Below, piece by piece: positions 49,798-61,612 of a stretch of 64,000 nucleotides of DNA. The notes under the pieces were generated by a model. The model worked only from the letters and a program-made list of their open reading frames with translations, was not told the DNA's origin and ran no database searches. Source of the DNA: Zygnema circumcarinatum SAG 698-1b (lineage: Eukaryota; Plantae; Zygnematophyceae); the NCBI GenBank assembly GCA_037447605.1, contig CM074812.1, forward strand, positions 1,674,001-1,738,000, read 5' to 3'. Each line of letters begins with the position of its first letter. The stretch's first letter is position 1. A program made the translations under genes and the position numbers.

Positions 49798-52700
49798 ATG
49801 GCCGCCATGGCGACCCCACTCCCTCTCCCTCTCCCTGTCTCTCTTTCTCTCCCACTCTCCTTCCCTTCCCTCCGCACAGGTGCTCCACCTCTCTCTCTTC
49901 TTCGCTCTTCCTTACAGGTTATCTTCGCGGCACGTGGCATCCGTACAACTCACCTCCGACTCCAGCAACGGTGGAAGCAGCTCTCCTCTTCCGTCCCTTC
50001 CTCTCCCTCTCCCTTTCCCTCTCCATACTCCTCTCATTTACGTTCCTCTTACTGTTCTTCGAACTGTTCGTCTCCGACATCCTCTCTCTCTCACACTAAT
50101 TCTCCCTCTTCCACTTCCAGTAACTTTCCCTCTTCATCTAACTCTCACTCTCCCTCTCCCTCTCCCTCTCGCTCTCCCTCTCCCTCTCCTTCTCCCTCTC
50201 CCTCTCCCTCTCCCTCTCCCTCTCCCTCTCNNNNNNNNNNCCCTCTCCCTCTCCCTCTCCCTCTCCCTCTCCCTCTCCCTCTCCCTCTCCCTTTCCCTCT
50301 CCCTCTCCCTCACTCTCTCTCGCTCCTTCTCCACTCCCTCCCTCTCCCTCTCCCATTCCCTCCCCCACGCCATCTCCTCCTTCCTCTCCCGCAACGAGAG
50401 TGTTCGTCGATTTGAGGAAGGCATATGAAGATTTCGATTTAAGGCCAATCCAAGATAAGGTAAACATCGACAGTTGTTGACCTGCATATGCACATTAGCC
50501 GTTAAAAGAAACAGATTCATTATTTCTTCGAATCTTCATTCTGAAACGCAAAATCCGAATTTTATGACTTGCATATTCTCTAAAGACAATATGGGCACTT
50601 GTCTGTTCATTTATGATTAAAAAAAAAGAAAAATTTACTCTTCTCCTTTTTTCCCCCAATTCTTTTCCCCCCCGCTCTTTTTCCCGCTATTTCTCCCTCT
50701 CGCAATTCCAATAACTCTACCTATCCATCTACGTCTCACCCTCCCTCTCCCTCACTCTCTCCCCCTCCCTCTCCCTCACCCGCTCCCCCTCCCACTCCCT
50801 CTCCCTCGCTCCCTCCATCTCCCTCACTCCCTCACTCCCTCGCTCTCCCTCTTCCTCTTTCTCTCCTTCACTCCCTCCCTCTCCCTCTCCCTCACTCCCT
50901 CCCTCTCCCTCTTCACTCCCTCAACGAGGGTATTCCTTAACTTGCAGGTGGGCAGTGTGCGAGTACGGCAGCATGCCAACCCGTTGAGTTGGGCCTCTCT
51001 GGTGAGGCTCACAAATAAAAGGGATAGAAACTCCCCTTACTATGTTTCCACAACTGTTGAGCCTACTTGGTATGGATAACTCGTAGTGTTTTCCTTAAAA
51101 GGCCTGAAAGATCACCCAAGACCTCAAAGTCTGTCCATGTAGCCTCGGATTCATTCAATTTTCTTACACGGTAAACTTATCCCCAACTCCGATTTAACAA
51201 AAGGAAAGGAACTCAAAGCTTTGAAAATCCCCTGATTGTTTATCTTTTGTTTTGTCGACATTTTAAGAAATTTGCCTATTATGTTTGCTCGTTAGGGTTT
51301 CAGAAGCCGGTGGAGCTTCCGATTTGGGAAGACGTTTTTGAAGACCCGACGCGGCCCCTCTTTCTCGACATCGGCTGCGGTGAGCTGACCTCCTTCAAAC
51401 CCTAAACTTCTAACCCTAATCTTCTAGTCCTAGTTTTCTTGCGTCGTATATCTCATACTTTCGTGTGTTTTCCTTTTTCCCCTTTTTTTTTTTGCCTGTG
51501 CAGGAAGTGGACGTTTTTTGATTGCTCTTGCACGACGTGAAGGCGAGAAGAAAAACTTTTTAGGTCTTGAGATCAGACATAAGGTGAGCGCAATAGATTC
51601 CCCCCATTTTTTAAATTTAAACGATAGCATAGGAAGGCAGCAATTTAAATTCAAATTGAATGCCTGAAATTGGAATCGGAATTGGAATCCATCCCCTTCC
51701 CCTCCCCCTCCCCCCATCCCCTCCCTCTCTCCTCTCGCTTCCACTCCCCCTCCCCCCTCCCTTCCTTCTCTCCTCTCGCTTCCACTCCCCCTCCCCCCTC
51801 CCTTCCTTCTCTCCTCTCCCTTCCACTCCCCCTCCCCCCTCCCTTCCTTCTCTCCTCTCTCTCCCTCACATTGTACATTTCGTGATGGTGCGGAGCAGCT
51901 GGTTGGACGATCCGTAGCGTGGGCGCGAGAACTGGGCATCCCCAACATGTGAGTTGATGCCATTTTTGTGTGTTGAGATTTTGTCCCACAGATATTTCCT
52001 TCCCTCCCCCTGTTTCCCCTCTTCCCCGGCCCTTCTTGTTTTTCTATTTTGCTCCCGTACGTGTTTTTCTTCTTCGGCCTCGAAGTAGTATAGATCAATT
52101 TGCTTGCTTCCTATTCATAATATGTTTTTCCCCATTGTGCTCCTCATCCTTCCCTCTCTCTTTTCATCTCGTTCTCCTTTCTCCCTCTTCGTTCTCTTCT
52201 TTCTCTTCTTTTCTTGAAGTTATTTCATTTTTATCCCTCCCTTTTCTTTCCCTTGTCCGAGTAACAGACATTTTTTATTCGCTAATGCGAACGTTTCTCT
52301 AGCAACAATATTGGACTCGTATCCGGGCCCTCTACACTACGTCACTATTCTGGTTGGCCTGCAAACCCTAATGCAACTTTTCCGCCAAAAATATTAATTG
52401 TTTCCAGTCAGTGTTAAGAATTTCTAGACCTAATCTGTTGTATTTCATATGCGAGTTTCTTCAATAGCGTAGAATGAGAGGAGGGAGGGGGGATAGGAAA
52501 ATGGAGAGAATTCCTGTTCTTACAAGCCTAAGGAAAAACAGGATCTTCAGTTACCAGCTCCTAGAAAAGTTCATTGACAAGGCTAGAAATTTCCAATAAC
52601 TTTTCAAGCAAGCCTTCAATGAAACAATGGCCTGCCTACGGAAATAGGGCATCGCTTGAAGGCGAGTCTAGCGGTTTCCTTTTCTCGTCGAGGGAGGGAG

Positions 52701-53205
52701 GGATGGAGGGAGAGAGAGGGAGAAAGTGAGAGAGAGTGAGAGAGAGACTACGTTTGCAACGTATTGTAGAGGGATGTGCTTATATTCCCTCTATGGAATG
52801 CGCTCTCTTTCAGTGTCCAGATCCGCACTTCAAAGTGAGGCACCGAAAGAGGCGAGTGGTGCAGCCGCAGCTCGTTGCCACCATCGCTCAAAATCTCATC
52901 TCGGGAGGGCATGTGAGCTTCTTTGTCTTAGTTCTTGCTTTGAGAAAGTGTGCGTGAGGGAGGGAGAGGAGGGGGGGATGAACAGTGAGAGGGAGATGGA
53001 GAGGGCGATGGAGAATGTGAGTGAGGGAGAGGGAGAGGGAGTGGGAGAGGGAGAGGGAGGAAAGGGAGACGGAGACAGGGAGGGAGGGGGAGACGGAGAT
53101 AGACAGGGAGAGGAAGAGGAAGATGGAGAGGGAGAGACCGAGGTTGGGACAGTTTCCGGTTTTGGTTACTATGCCATGTTTGGTTTTCATGGTCGCTCTG
53201 CTTTT

Positions 53206-53243
<38 letters not shown>

Positions 53244-53472
53244 ACTGCAGTTATACGTCGCGTCTGACGTGGAGGAGGTGGCAGTCGACATGCGACATCA
53301 AATTGAATTGGGAGGAAGCGGTGGCCACTTCACGTGTCACCATAGCACAGATTGCTGCACTGATTCCAAGAGCTGGCTGACAGAGAATCCGTTACCTGTA
53401 CCGACAGAGCGTGAGTTAGCTGTGCTCACAAACGGCGGATGCATGTACCGTGCTTTGTATAGAAAAGTCTGA
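49798..53472 (+). CDS. trmB: tRNA (guanine-N7)-methyltransferase, bacterial/organellar TrmB type
   Basis: Exons 49798-50459 (spans a gap; alternative 49798-49879 + 50401-50459), 50948-51001, 51304-51379, 51504-51583, 51899-51948, 52268-52352, 52814-52912, 53251-53472. Motifs RVRQHANPL, LFLDIGCGSGRFL, NFLGLEIR, FANA, CPDPHFKVRHRKRRVVQ, SDVEEV, PVPTERE. The N-terminal extension looks like a transit peptide. Confidence 0.93.
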
Positions 53473-54239
53473 TTCAATTTCAATCTGTTTACTCTGGAGG
53501 ATTCCAAAACTATCTCAGAGGGAAGGGGAGGATGGAGGAGCACAATGGGGAAAAAACATGCTCTTGCAATAGACTCCAGTCAATAGAAAATCAAGAATCT
53601 AACGAATAAGGAAAAAGCAAAAATAAAGGGGTGGGGGATGGGGAGGGGGGGAGGGAGAGGGAGGGGGGGTGGAGGGGAAGAGGGGAAGTGGGAGAGGGAG
53701 AGGGAGAGGAAAGAGGGAGAAGGAGGAAGAGGGATAGGGAAGGGGTGAGGGAGAGGGAGAGGGAGCGGGAGGGGGATTGCCACGGTGGGCATTTCGGCAA
53801 AGGGCGGAAGGTCTGCCGCAGAACCGTAAAGATCCAAGATTCCAGAGTCACACGTATCGCCCACATACCTCGATATCCCTGATCCGGAAACCTCTTCGTA
53901 TCGTACCGTACGTACAATACGACCGTTGGAGCGGTCAACAGGAAAGTCGGAGATACGACGCTCGGGAAAGTCACCTGCACTTTACGATAAAGTCATGATC
54001 CTACTAAGTACGTCACGTAGGTGTCACGTGCGGCTCCCTTGAACCTTAGCGGCTCGCAAGTGCGGACGGTTTGAAAATTGGACTCGGATCCACCGGTGAG
54101 AGAAAGTTGAACCGTGTGAATGACCCTCTGTCTCAGAGAGAGGTCGCGCTGGGCGGTTATCAAGTTAAAATAAACGGGTACCAAAATGACAAATTAATTT
54201 TAATGTTATAAATACTTAAATCTACAGATTTCTTTTATT

Positions 54240-54312
54240 GATCGCGTGGCCTAATGGATAAGGCGCTCGCCTCCGGAGCGGGAGATTGTGGGTTCGAGTC
54301 CCATCGTGATCG
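54240..54312 (+). tRNA. trnR-CCG: tRNA-Arg (anticodon CCG), identical to the copy at 15522-15594
   Basis: Same 73-nt sequence; upstream TTATAAATA at about -34; downstream TTTT terminator. Confidence 0.97.
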
Positions 54313-55238
54313 TGTTTTGTTCTTTGACTTCCCTGTTCTTACTTTGAAGTTCTCCTTTGCATAAGAGAGAGCGAGTCCCATTCCCTCCTCTCACTTTTCC
54401 CTCTTCAGCATTCACTCGCGCGCAGAGGCCCACATTCTGCATACCTTGTTGCATGCGGGCGAGTCTCATCTTTTGTTTAGAGATGGGATCATGATTCATT
54501 GCCAGTTTACAACATAACAACTATGCCATGCCATGCCATGCCATGCCATACTCTGCATGTGCCATGCATCAATGGGTCCATACATGCATGCATGCATGCA
54601 TGTATGTATGGATGCATGCCTCATTCCTCAACAAGTGATGTGTGTAAGTGAGGCTACTAAGGGCCCCACCTTACATTGTTTTCACAAGTTCTAGGACACT
54701 TCGTTGACTTGCACACGGACATGGGCGGACTTGTACTTCCCTCCCTCCCTCCCTCCCTCCCTCACTCTCTCCCTCTCCCCCGTTCTTGTATCATTCTTGA
54801 TGATCATCAACGCAAAGAGAAGTAATAATTTCAAAAAGAATAAAAGATCAATTTTAAAAATAAAAATCAACCATTGGCATTTCTGGTCTTTGCTTAGGTG
54901 CTATTCCTCCCTGCTACTAGAAAATAAACGATGGAATTAAGCCTTCATTTAGAAGCTGAGCTACCCTCTTCTCGCTCACTCTCTCTTGCCCTCTCGTCTG
55001 TCGTCACCTCTCTACGCCTCTCTCTCCCCGCCACTCTCACCTCCCCTTCCTCACTCTCCATCTCCCTCTCCCTAACCCACTCTCTCCCACGTCCCCTCCC
55101 TCCATTCTCCTCCTCCTCCTCTCTCTCTCTCTCCCTCTTCTTCCCGCCTTCTCTCTCGCTACCTCGTCCCACCTCCCCCCTCTCTTCCTTCCCCTCTCTC
55201 CCACTCCCTCGTTCGCACCCACTACCTCCTCCCACCTC

Positions 55239-56145
55239 CTATGTCTCCCCCCCTTTCTCCCCCCCCTCTCTCTCCCTCTCCCTCTCCCTCTCTCTCACAC
55301 GTGCCGCCATCTCCGCAACTTCCCCACTCCTCTCATAGTCGCCCTCCTCCCTCCCCTCTCCCACCCCCTCACACCTCCTCTCTCCATGCACCGGCAACCC
55401 CCGAAAATGTGCAATGAACCCATCTTTAGTATCTAAATTTACCCCATTTTTCGACGACTGGTAATGCATGATCCAATGAATCTGCGGCATTAAAACACTC
55501 TTTAGATTTGCGCCCCATTTTCTGTGCCCCTCCCCATAAAGGCATTTTTCCTTTTTTTCTCCTTTTTTCACACAGTGCGGCGTTTTTTCTCTGAAAACCA
55601 TTCTCTCCGCCGCGAAATCTTCTTCCTTTTCTTTTTTTAAGCAGTGGCGAATGGAATACCACCAGCTGCCGAATGTGACAAAAGGTTCATCCGCGTGTAC
55701 GGACAGGAGAGTTTCTATGCTCAAATTAGGGTTTGGAAGGTGCAGGTACTCGTCGTAGTCGAAGTTGAAGGCCCACCTGTGGGAGCGAGAGAGGAAGAGA
55801 GGGAGAGAGAGGAGTGGGAGGAGGAGGGGGAGGGGAGAGATGTGGGGAGAGAGGTGGGAGAGGGAGAGGGAGGGAGAGGTTGGTGTGAGAGAGGGGGTGA
55901 GGGGGAGGACTTAGTTTGGGTAGTTTGGGAGGGAGGGGGTTTGAAGAGAGGGAGGGGGGGCAGGGGGAAGGGGTCAGGAGTCAAGAGAGTAGAGGGGCAG
56001 AACGATAGCGAGTGGGAGAGGGAGCGAGAGCGTGAGAGAGGGAGCGGGTGTGAGAGAGAGTCAGGGAGAAAGAAGAGAAAGAGAGATAGAGAGAGAGAGC
56101 GAGACAGACACAGAGAGGAAGAGGGGAGAGAGAGAGAGAGAGAGG

Positions 56146-56184
<39 letters not shown>

Positions 56185-58398
56185 GGGGGAGAGAGGCTCT
56201 CACTGTGCGAGTTGCCTGGAACGGTGAACGCAGTCGACCAAAAAGAGTACTTGGTTGGCTAACCAGCTCTCGTAGACGCTCTGCTCTCTCACATCAATGA
56301 GTGTGACCAAACCTCTCTTACTAAAGGGGAGTAAAATTTGCTTAACTTCATCGCTCGCCCCTCCCGCATCATATATAAAGAAATGGGACTTTTCTGAAAA
56401 TAATTTATTGTACCACAAAAGCCACTCATAAATAGGTCTCCCACTTATATTACCATAAAGAGGGGCCCCACACATTACATATTGGTATTTATAAATTCCA
56501 AGTTTTGCTCCATACTTAATTTGGGGAAGTGATGTTTCTTGCAAAACAGGGGAAATGTCGATTTCTTCGGAAACGGCCGACTCTGGATTGGCTGCGCAAA
56601 TTTCGATTAAATGGTCCAAGAAAACAATGTCAGAGACTTAAAATATTTCCTTTCTAAGCCCTTCCTCTTGCCTCTCCTTTTGGCCCACTTCCTGTCTCTC
56701 GCTTCGCCTCCCTTCCCTCTCACACCCTTTCTCTCCTCTCTCTTCCCCCTCCCTCTCTCCCTCCTCTCTCCCTCCCTCCCTCTCTCCCTCCTCTCTCCCT
56801 CTCTCCCTCCCTCCCTCCCTCTGCCCCCTCCCTCTACCACCTCCTCCCCCCAACTATCTCTCTCTCCCTCACCTTCCAACCCTGGACTACCCCTTACCTC
56901 CTCCTCTCTCCTCTCCCTTTCTCCCTCCCTCCCCATCTCTCACCTCTAACTCCCCCCCCCCCCCGGTCCCCNNNNNNNNNNCCCCCCCCCCCCCGGTCCC
57001 CCCAAAATAACATAAAGCAAGAACAAAAACAAAATAAAGAGCCCCAATAGCCCCCAATAAAAGCCAACCCAAATACTTCATTACCTAAATGCGTTGGAAC
57101 TTTTGCGAAGAGAGTTCCTCCATTTTCACTTCTCACATCTTTTTTGAAATCACATTTTACGACAACTGTCTCGTAATCGTTTCCATGCGCCTCCAACTGA
57201 TTGCCGCGGATCACTTTGGCGGGCGCGACATCACTGACATCGGAAACATAACGACATGCCATCGGCAACATCACTTTCAGACATACATACCATCTTGCTT
57301 CTTCACCCTCTAAATGTTCCCTTTTTCCGAACGGTGCTGGGCAGGAAATGGCATAGAGTGAGGGAGAGAAGAGGGAGGAAAGACGTAGGAAACCCTAAAA
57401 CTGCAAAGGAAAAGAATCAGATTGTAAGAAACTGAAGTTTTTTTTTTAAGGAGAAACAGGGAGAAGTGCAAAAATGTTACCTTTCTGTGAGTGGTGAATT
57501 GTGATTCTCTCCCTCCGACACCCAGAGGCATTCCCTTACGGGAGGTCCGAGTTTCTTTTGCAAAGCAATGGAAGAAAGGCCGATGATGAAAAAGGTACTC
57601 GGACTATCTCGATATGCGCTGCTCCATTTATAAAACGAAAGGGTTGGAAGGGGAAAAAGGAAAGAGGGGGAGGGGGAGGGGNNNNNNNNNNGGGGGAGGG
57701 GGGGTTAAACAAATTACAAAACTGGCCCTCAATTCTCACCTGTACCGTACAAACAGATGATAGGAATGTCCAGATTCGATGAATCCCTGGAATTGCAAAA
57801 CCTCTTTTGAGGGGACCTTATTGCGCGGGAATATTTCTTGTTTCGTTTTAAAACCGTTCCACCAAAAATGTTCATTTAATAGCCGCCTTCCGGGACTGTA
57901 AAAATTGGAGTTTTTCCGCCGCTGCAGACCTTCAAAACAGCGATGAACATCATCAAAGATTTTCTCATTTATAATTTTTGGAAAAAAGGGAAAACGAAAT
58001 CATTGGGAACGAAAATCAAGGAAGCAAAATTTGAAAAGAAACAGAATGAAAACTTGAAATCATTCTATGTTTTTCTTTTATGATTAAAAAAAAATTAGAC
58101 ACCAGAAGGGAAAGAAGAGAAATGGGGTTACTATTTCCCTCTTACCATTAAAGGCCATTTCTAAAAATTTAGGCTCAACATTTTTCTTCGAATTGTACGA
58201 AATAGTTTGGCTTTCTGCATTTCGAGAATTTCTGGATTCTTTGTTGAGATAGAATTTAAATGGGTCGAGATTTTGTAAATTTTCTGCTGGAGACCCAGTT
58301 TGCAGTTCCGTCGCAGGTGATTGAACGGCGAGCGTTTGCATAGAAATAGAGAGAAAAAGGAAGAGGCAAATTTTGAAGTGGGGGTTAAACAGGCACAT
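55239..58398 (-). CDS. GT92-family glycosyltransferase, beta-1,4-galactan synthase (GALS)-like, about 551 aa, 6 exons
   Basis: complement join 58146-58398, 57740-57929, 57481-57618, 57085-57233, 56204-56591, 55239-55776 = 1656 nt, in frame. Motifs SAYRDSPSTFFIIGLSS, C.W, YETVVVKC.F..NGGTL, KYQYVMCGAPLYGNIS..EWL..KSHFFIYDAGG, NQ..LVDCVHR, WAFNFDYDEYL (DxD) parallel GALS1. N-terminal hydrophobic segment present. Confidence 0.87.
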
Positions 58399-58953
58399 GT
58401 TGCGGGGGAGACAGAGATGACAGGGGGAGAGAGGGGGAGGGGGAGAGAGAGGGAGAGGGAGAGGGAGAGAGGGAGGGAGTTGGAGATGGAGAGAGGGAGG
58501 GAAAGGGAGAGAGGGAGAGAGAGAGAGAGGGAGAGGAAGGGAGTGGGAGAGTGGGAGAGTGGGAGAGTGGGGGAGGGAAAGAGGGAGAGGGAGGCAGAGG
58601 GAGGGAGAGAAAGGGAGGGCGAGAGAGGGAGGAATAGGTAGAGGTAGAGATAGAGAAAGGGAGGGAGTGGAAGAGAGGGAGGGGGAGGGAGGGAGGAAGA
58701 GACAAGGATGGAGAGATGGGGAAGGAGAGGGAGAGGTCCAGGGAGCGGGAGAGTCGGTGGGAGAGGGGGAGGAAAGCGTGACGTGATGCTACGGAGAACT
58801 GGAAGTCGTTATGGCAGTTTAATGTGGACGGTTCGTACGGTCCCTTAAATTGACGTCGGTTGGTCAGATGTGTACGGAGGCCGATTGCTAATTTACCGTT
58901 GGCCACGGTACAAAAAGCCGTACTATAACCGTACAGTATATGGGCGCCACGTA

Positions 58954-59515
58954 CAGTGGGGGGTCCTCGTATTTACGACCCTAAGGAGTGCGTCCTCAAT
59001 ATTTTCGCCCCGATTTTGCCGAAACCACCTTTTTGTACGGTAACTTGTGTTAGCCGTACTATTCGTACTGACCGTACTGTTCGTACTGTCCGTACTATCT
59101 GTACTAGCCGTTACGGGCTTACGCAAAACTCACCTAATCTCCCCGCTCGTGCCGCCGTAAGAGGCGCTCGCTCTTCTCCCCGTCTTCTTGACTTCGACAC
59201 GATACGATACGATACGATATCGTCAATACGATACGAAACTTCCCGATACGGTACTATCCGTAGTACGGCATCATCAATGAGACGATGTCCTAAAAACAGT
59301 CCTAAAAACTACGCTTATGCGTCACGATATATCACGATACGATACGATTCTAAATGATACGGTACGATACGGTACGGTACGATACGTACGGTTCAACATG
59401 AACTCTAACATAATACCGCCCGTCTATTCGTAACACGAACCTTATATATGCAAATTTAATATTTTCGCCTCATTTTGCCCGGAACCAGGGTGGAAAATAT
59501 GAGGACCCCCTACTG
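58954..59515. mobile_element. Non-autonomous Tc1/mariner-superfamily (pogo-like) MITE, 562 bp
   Basis: 29-bp TIRs CAGTGGGGGGTCCTCGTATTTACGACCCT vs CAGTAGGGGGTCCTCATATTTTCCACCCT (25/29 identical). TA on both sides (58952-58953, 59516-59517). No transposase ORF; internal GATAC/CGTAC repeats. Confidence 0.8.
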
Positions 59516-59865
59516 TAGTCCGTGTCGTACAGTATTGTAGGATAAGCGGTCACAAAAACAACAACCAATAAAAAGTACGTCACGTGGCAGAGGATAAAAT
59601 CTCGTCGTCCAATGGCCGCCACGCTTGAAGTAATTCCATTTTTCCCTAAATATTAAAAAATAGATTTACCCCATTTTTGAGTTCGGATATTGTGACGCTA
59701 CAAAGTTTGGAAACGGAAATTTGGAAGGCGGGCTTGTTTGTGATGATGACGTACGCAAAACGTCAGAACGTTTGCTAGAAGAAACTTGCCCACTGGAAAC
59801 CGCCCTCCTCCCCCCCCCCCTTTGCCCCTCTGAACTCTCTCCCTCTCTCACCGAAGGGCGCAGCC

Positions 59866-61494
59866 ATGGCGGGCGGAGTCTCCACCGCCTCCGCCCGCCC
59901 GCCATGGCTCCTCTCCCCCTTCCTCCCTCTCTCGCCTCTCGTGCGGAGGTCTCTGCCCGCGCGGAAGAGGCCTCAAAGGCTCCTCCTTGTCGCTGCATCA
60001 GAGGGCGGCGCCTTCAGGTAGTCTGAATTAGGGGAAAATTTAGGGCAAACTGTGGGCTATTGACAGGTTGAGGTTTGTTTATTGTGAGGTTATGAACCCT
60101 AATTGTTCCCTCCTGCATTGTGGTTTGTTTGTCAGATATGAAAGGAGCGATCCTGCTGTGCGCTGGGGAGGTCGCTTTGCGTTGTCCGTGGAGGAGGTAG
60201 ACGCTGAAGAAGCAGGAGCAGCAAAATATGTTCGTGATAAAGATCTTCGGAAGGACCCTTCGCGATATTCCATCAATGAACAAGAGCTTTCTGAGAAGGA
60301 AGTGGTGGAAAAGGAGGAGTTAGGGCAAAATGAATGGGGTTCAAATGGGGTTGTTACGCAGAGCAGGCGTGCAGCTCGAGGATCGAACTTGGGTCCTCGA
60401 TTTCAGAGAGGTCCGCAATGGGAGGCTCGCATAGGAATTAGGGTAGAAGATGTATGTCAGGCTCCCAAAAACAATGTGCGTGGAAAGCCTTCTGGGACAT
60501 TGGTTAAAAGAGGTGAAGGAGAGGAAGACAATGCTGGAAATGCGGCGGCGGTTTTGGATAATGTGACCGACAATGTGAATGATGAAGCACTTAAAGTACG
60601 GCTTCAAGAGACGCTGCAACGTGGGGCAAGAGGAGGGGGGGAACGAGCTCGTAAACGTGTCGTTGTGGAACGGAGAAAGTCGGAAAGAGAGAACGAAAAA
60701 GTTTTGAGTGGGGCAGCAAAGAAGTTTGCAATAGGCCCCGCTAGGGTCGATACTGAAGAGCTTGCCTTCCCTATTGAAGGAAGGAGGAGAGAAGGAGAGA
60801 GGAGGCAGCCATGGCAGAGAGTGGTAGCGGAGGAAGCAGCGAAGCGGGTCCAGCTTTTGGTGGAAAAAGTGAACTTTCTTCGACAGGATCAGCCTATTAA
60901 GGACGCCGTGCTCTCGTAAATCCATTAAACTATTAAGTCCTTCAAATGAACTTAACACTAACCCCAAAAAGTAATTCATGTTGTTGAGTGAGCTTGGCTT
61001 TCTGAGTTGCCTTCGAGTGGAGGGAGGGGAGAATGTGAGGAGGGAAGAGGGGGGTGGAGGGAGCGCTAATAAAAACAGTCTATGCGACCGACTACGTTTC
61101 AAATCGACCTTTTTTTAAAACAAAATGCTGTCTTTTACATTGTTGAGAGTGAAAAGCTTTTTAACTTCTTGAATTTGTTTACATTCAATTGCTCTCTAGA
61201 TATGTGATGTGATCGGCTTCCGTTTGTGAATATGTGAAGGTTACCGATGCAGTTGACTCCTGCGGATTACAGTCGCGCCATAAAGGAGATTGGTTCGAGT
61301 GGGAACTGGCAAAGAGGATTGGAGCTCTTCCATTGGCTGCCCTCTGTGACGCGTCGCCTGCCAAGGTGAGCGGGCAGGCAAAAAAAAACCATTTTAATAC
61401 TGTTATGTATCGTGGAAGTCTGTTGTAATCGCAAAGCACTCGACCGTATTTTCGAACGAAGTGGAATGAGATTCATTAGAAAGCTGTGTGAGAA

Positions 61495-61554
<60 letters not shown>

Positions 61555-61564
61555 NNNNNNNNNN

Positions 61565-61612
<48 letters not shown>

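Noticed and set aside
54520-54620. miRNA-like hairpin in the (CATG/ATGC)n tract
   Set aside because: The self-complementarity comes from a palindromic simple repeat, not a unique stem.
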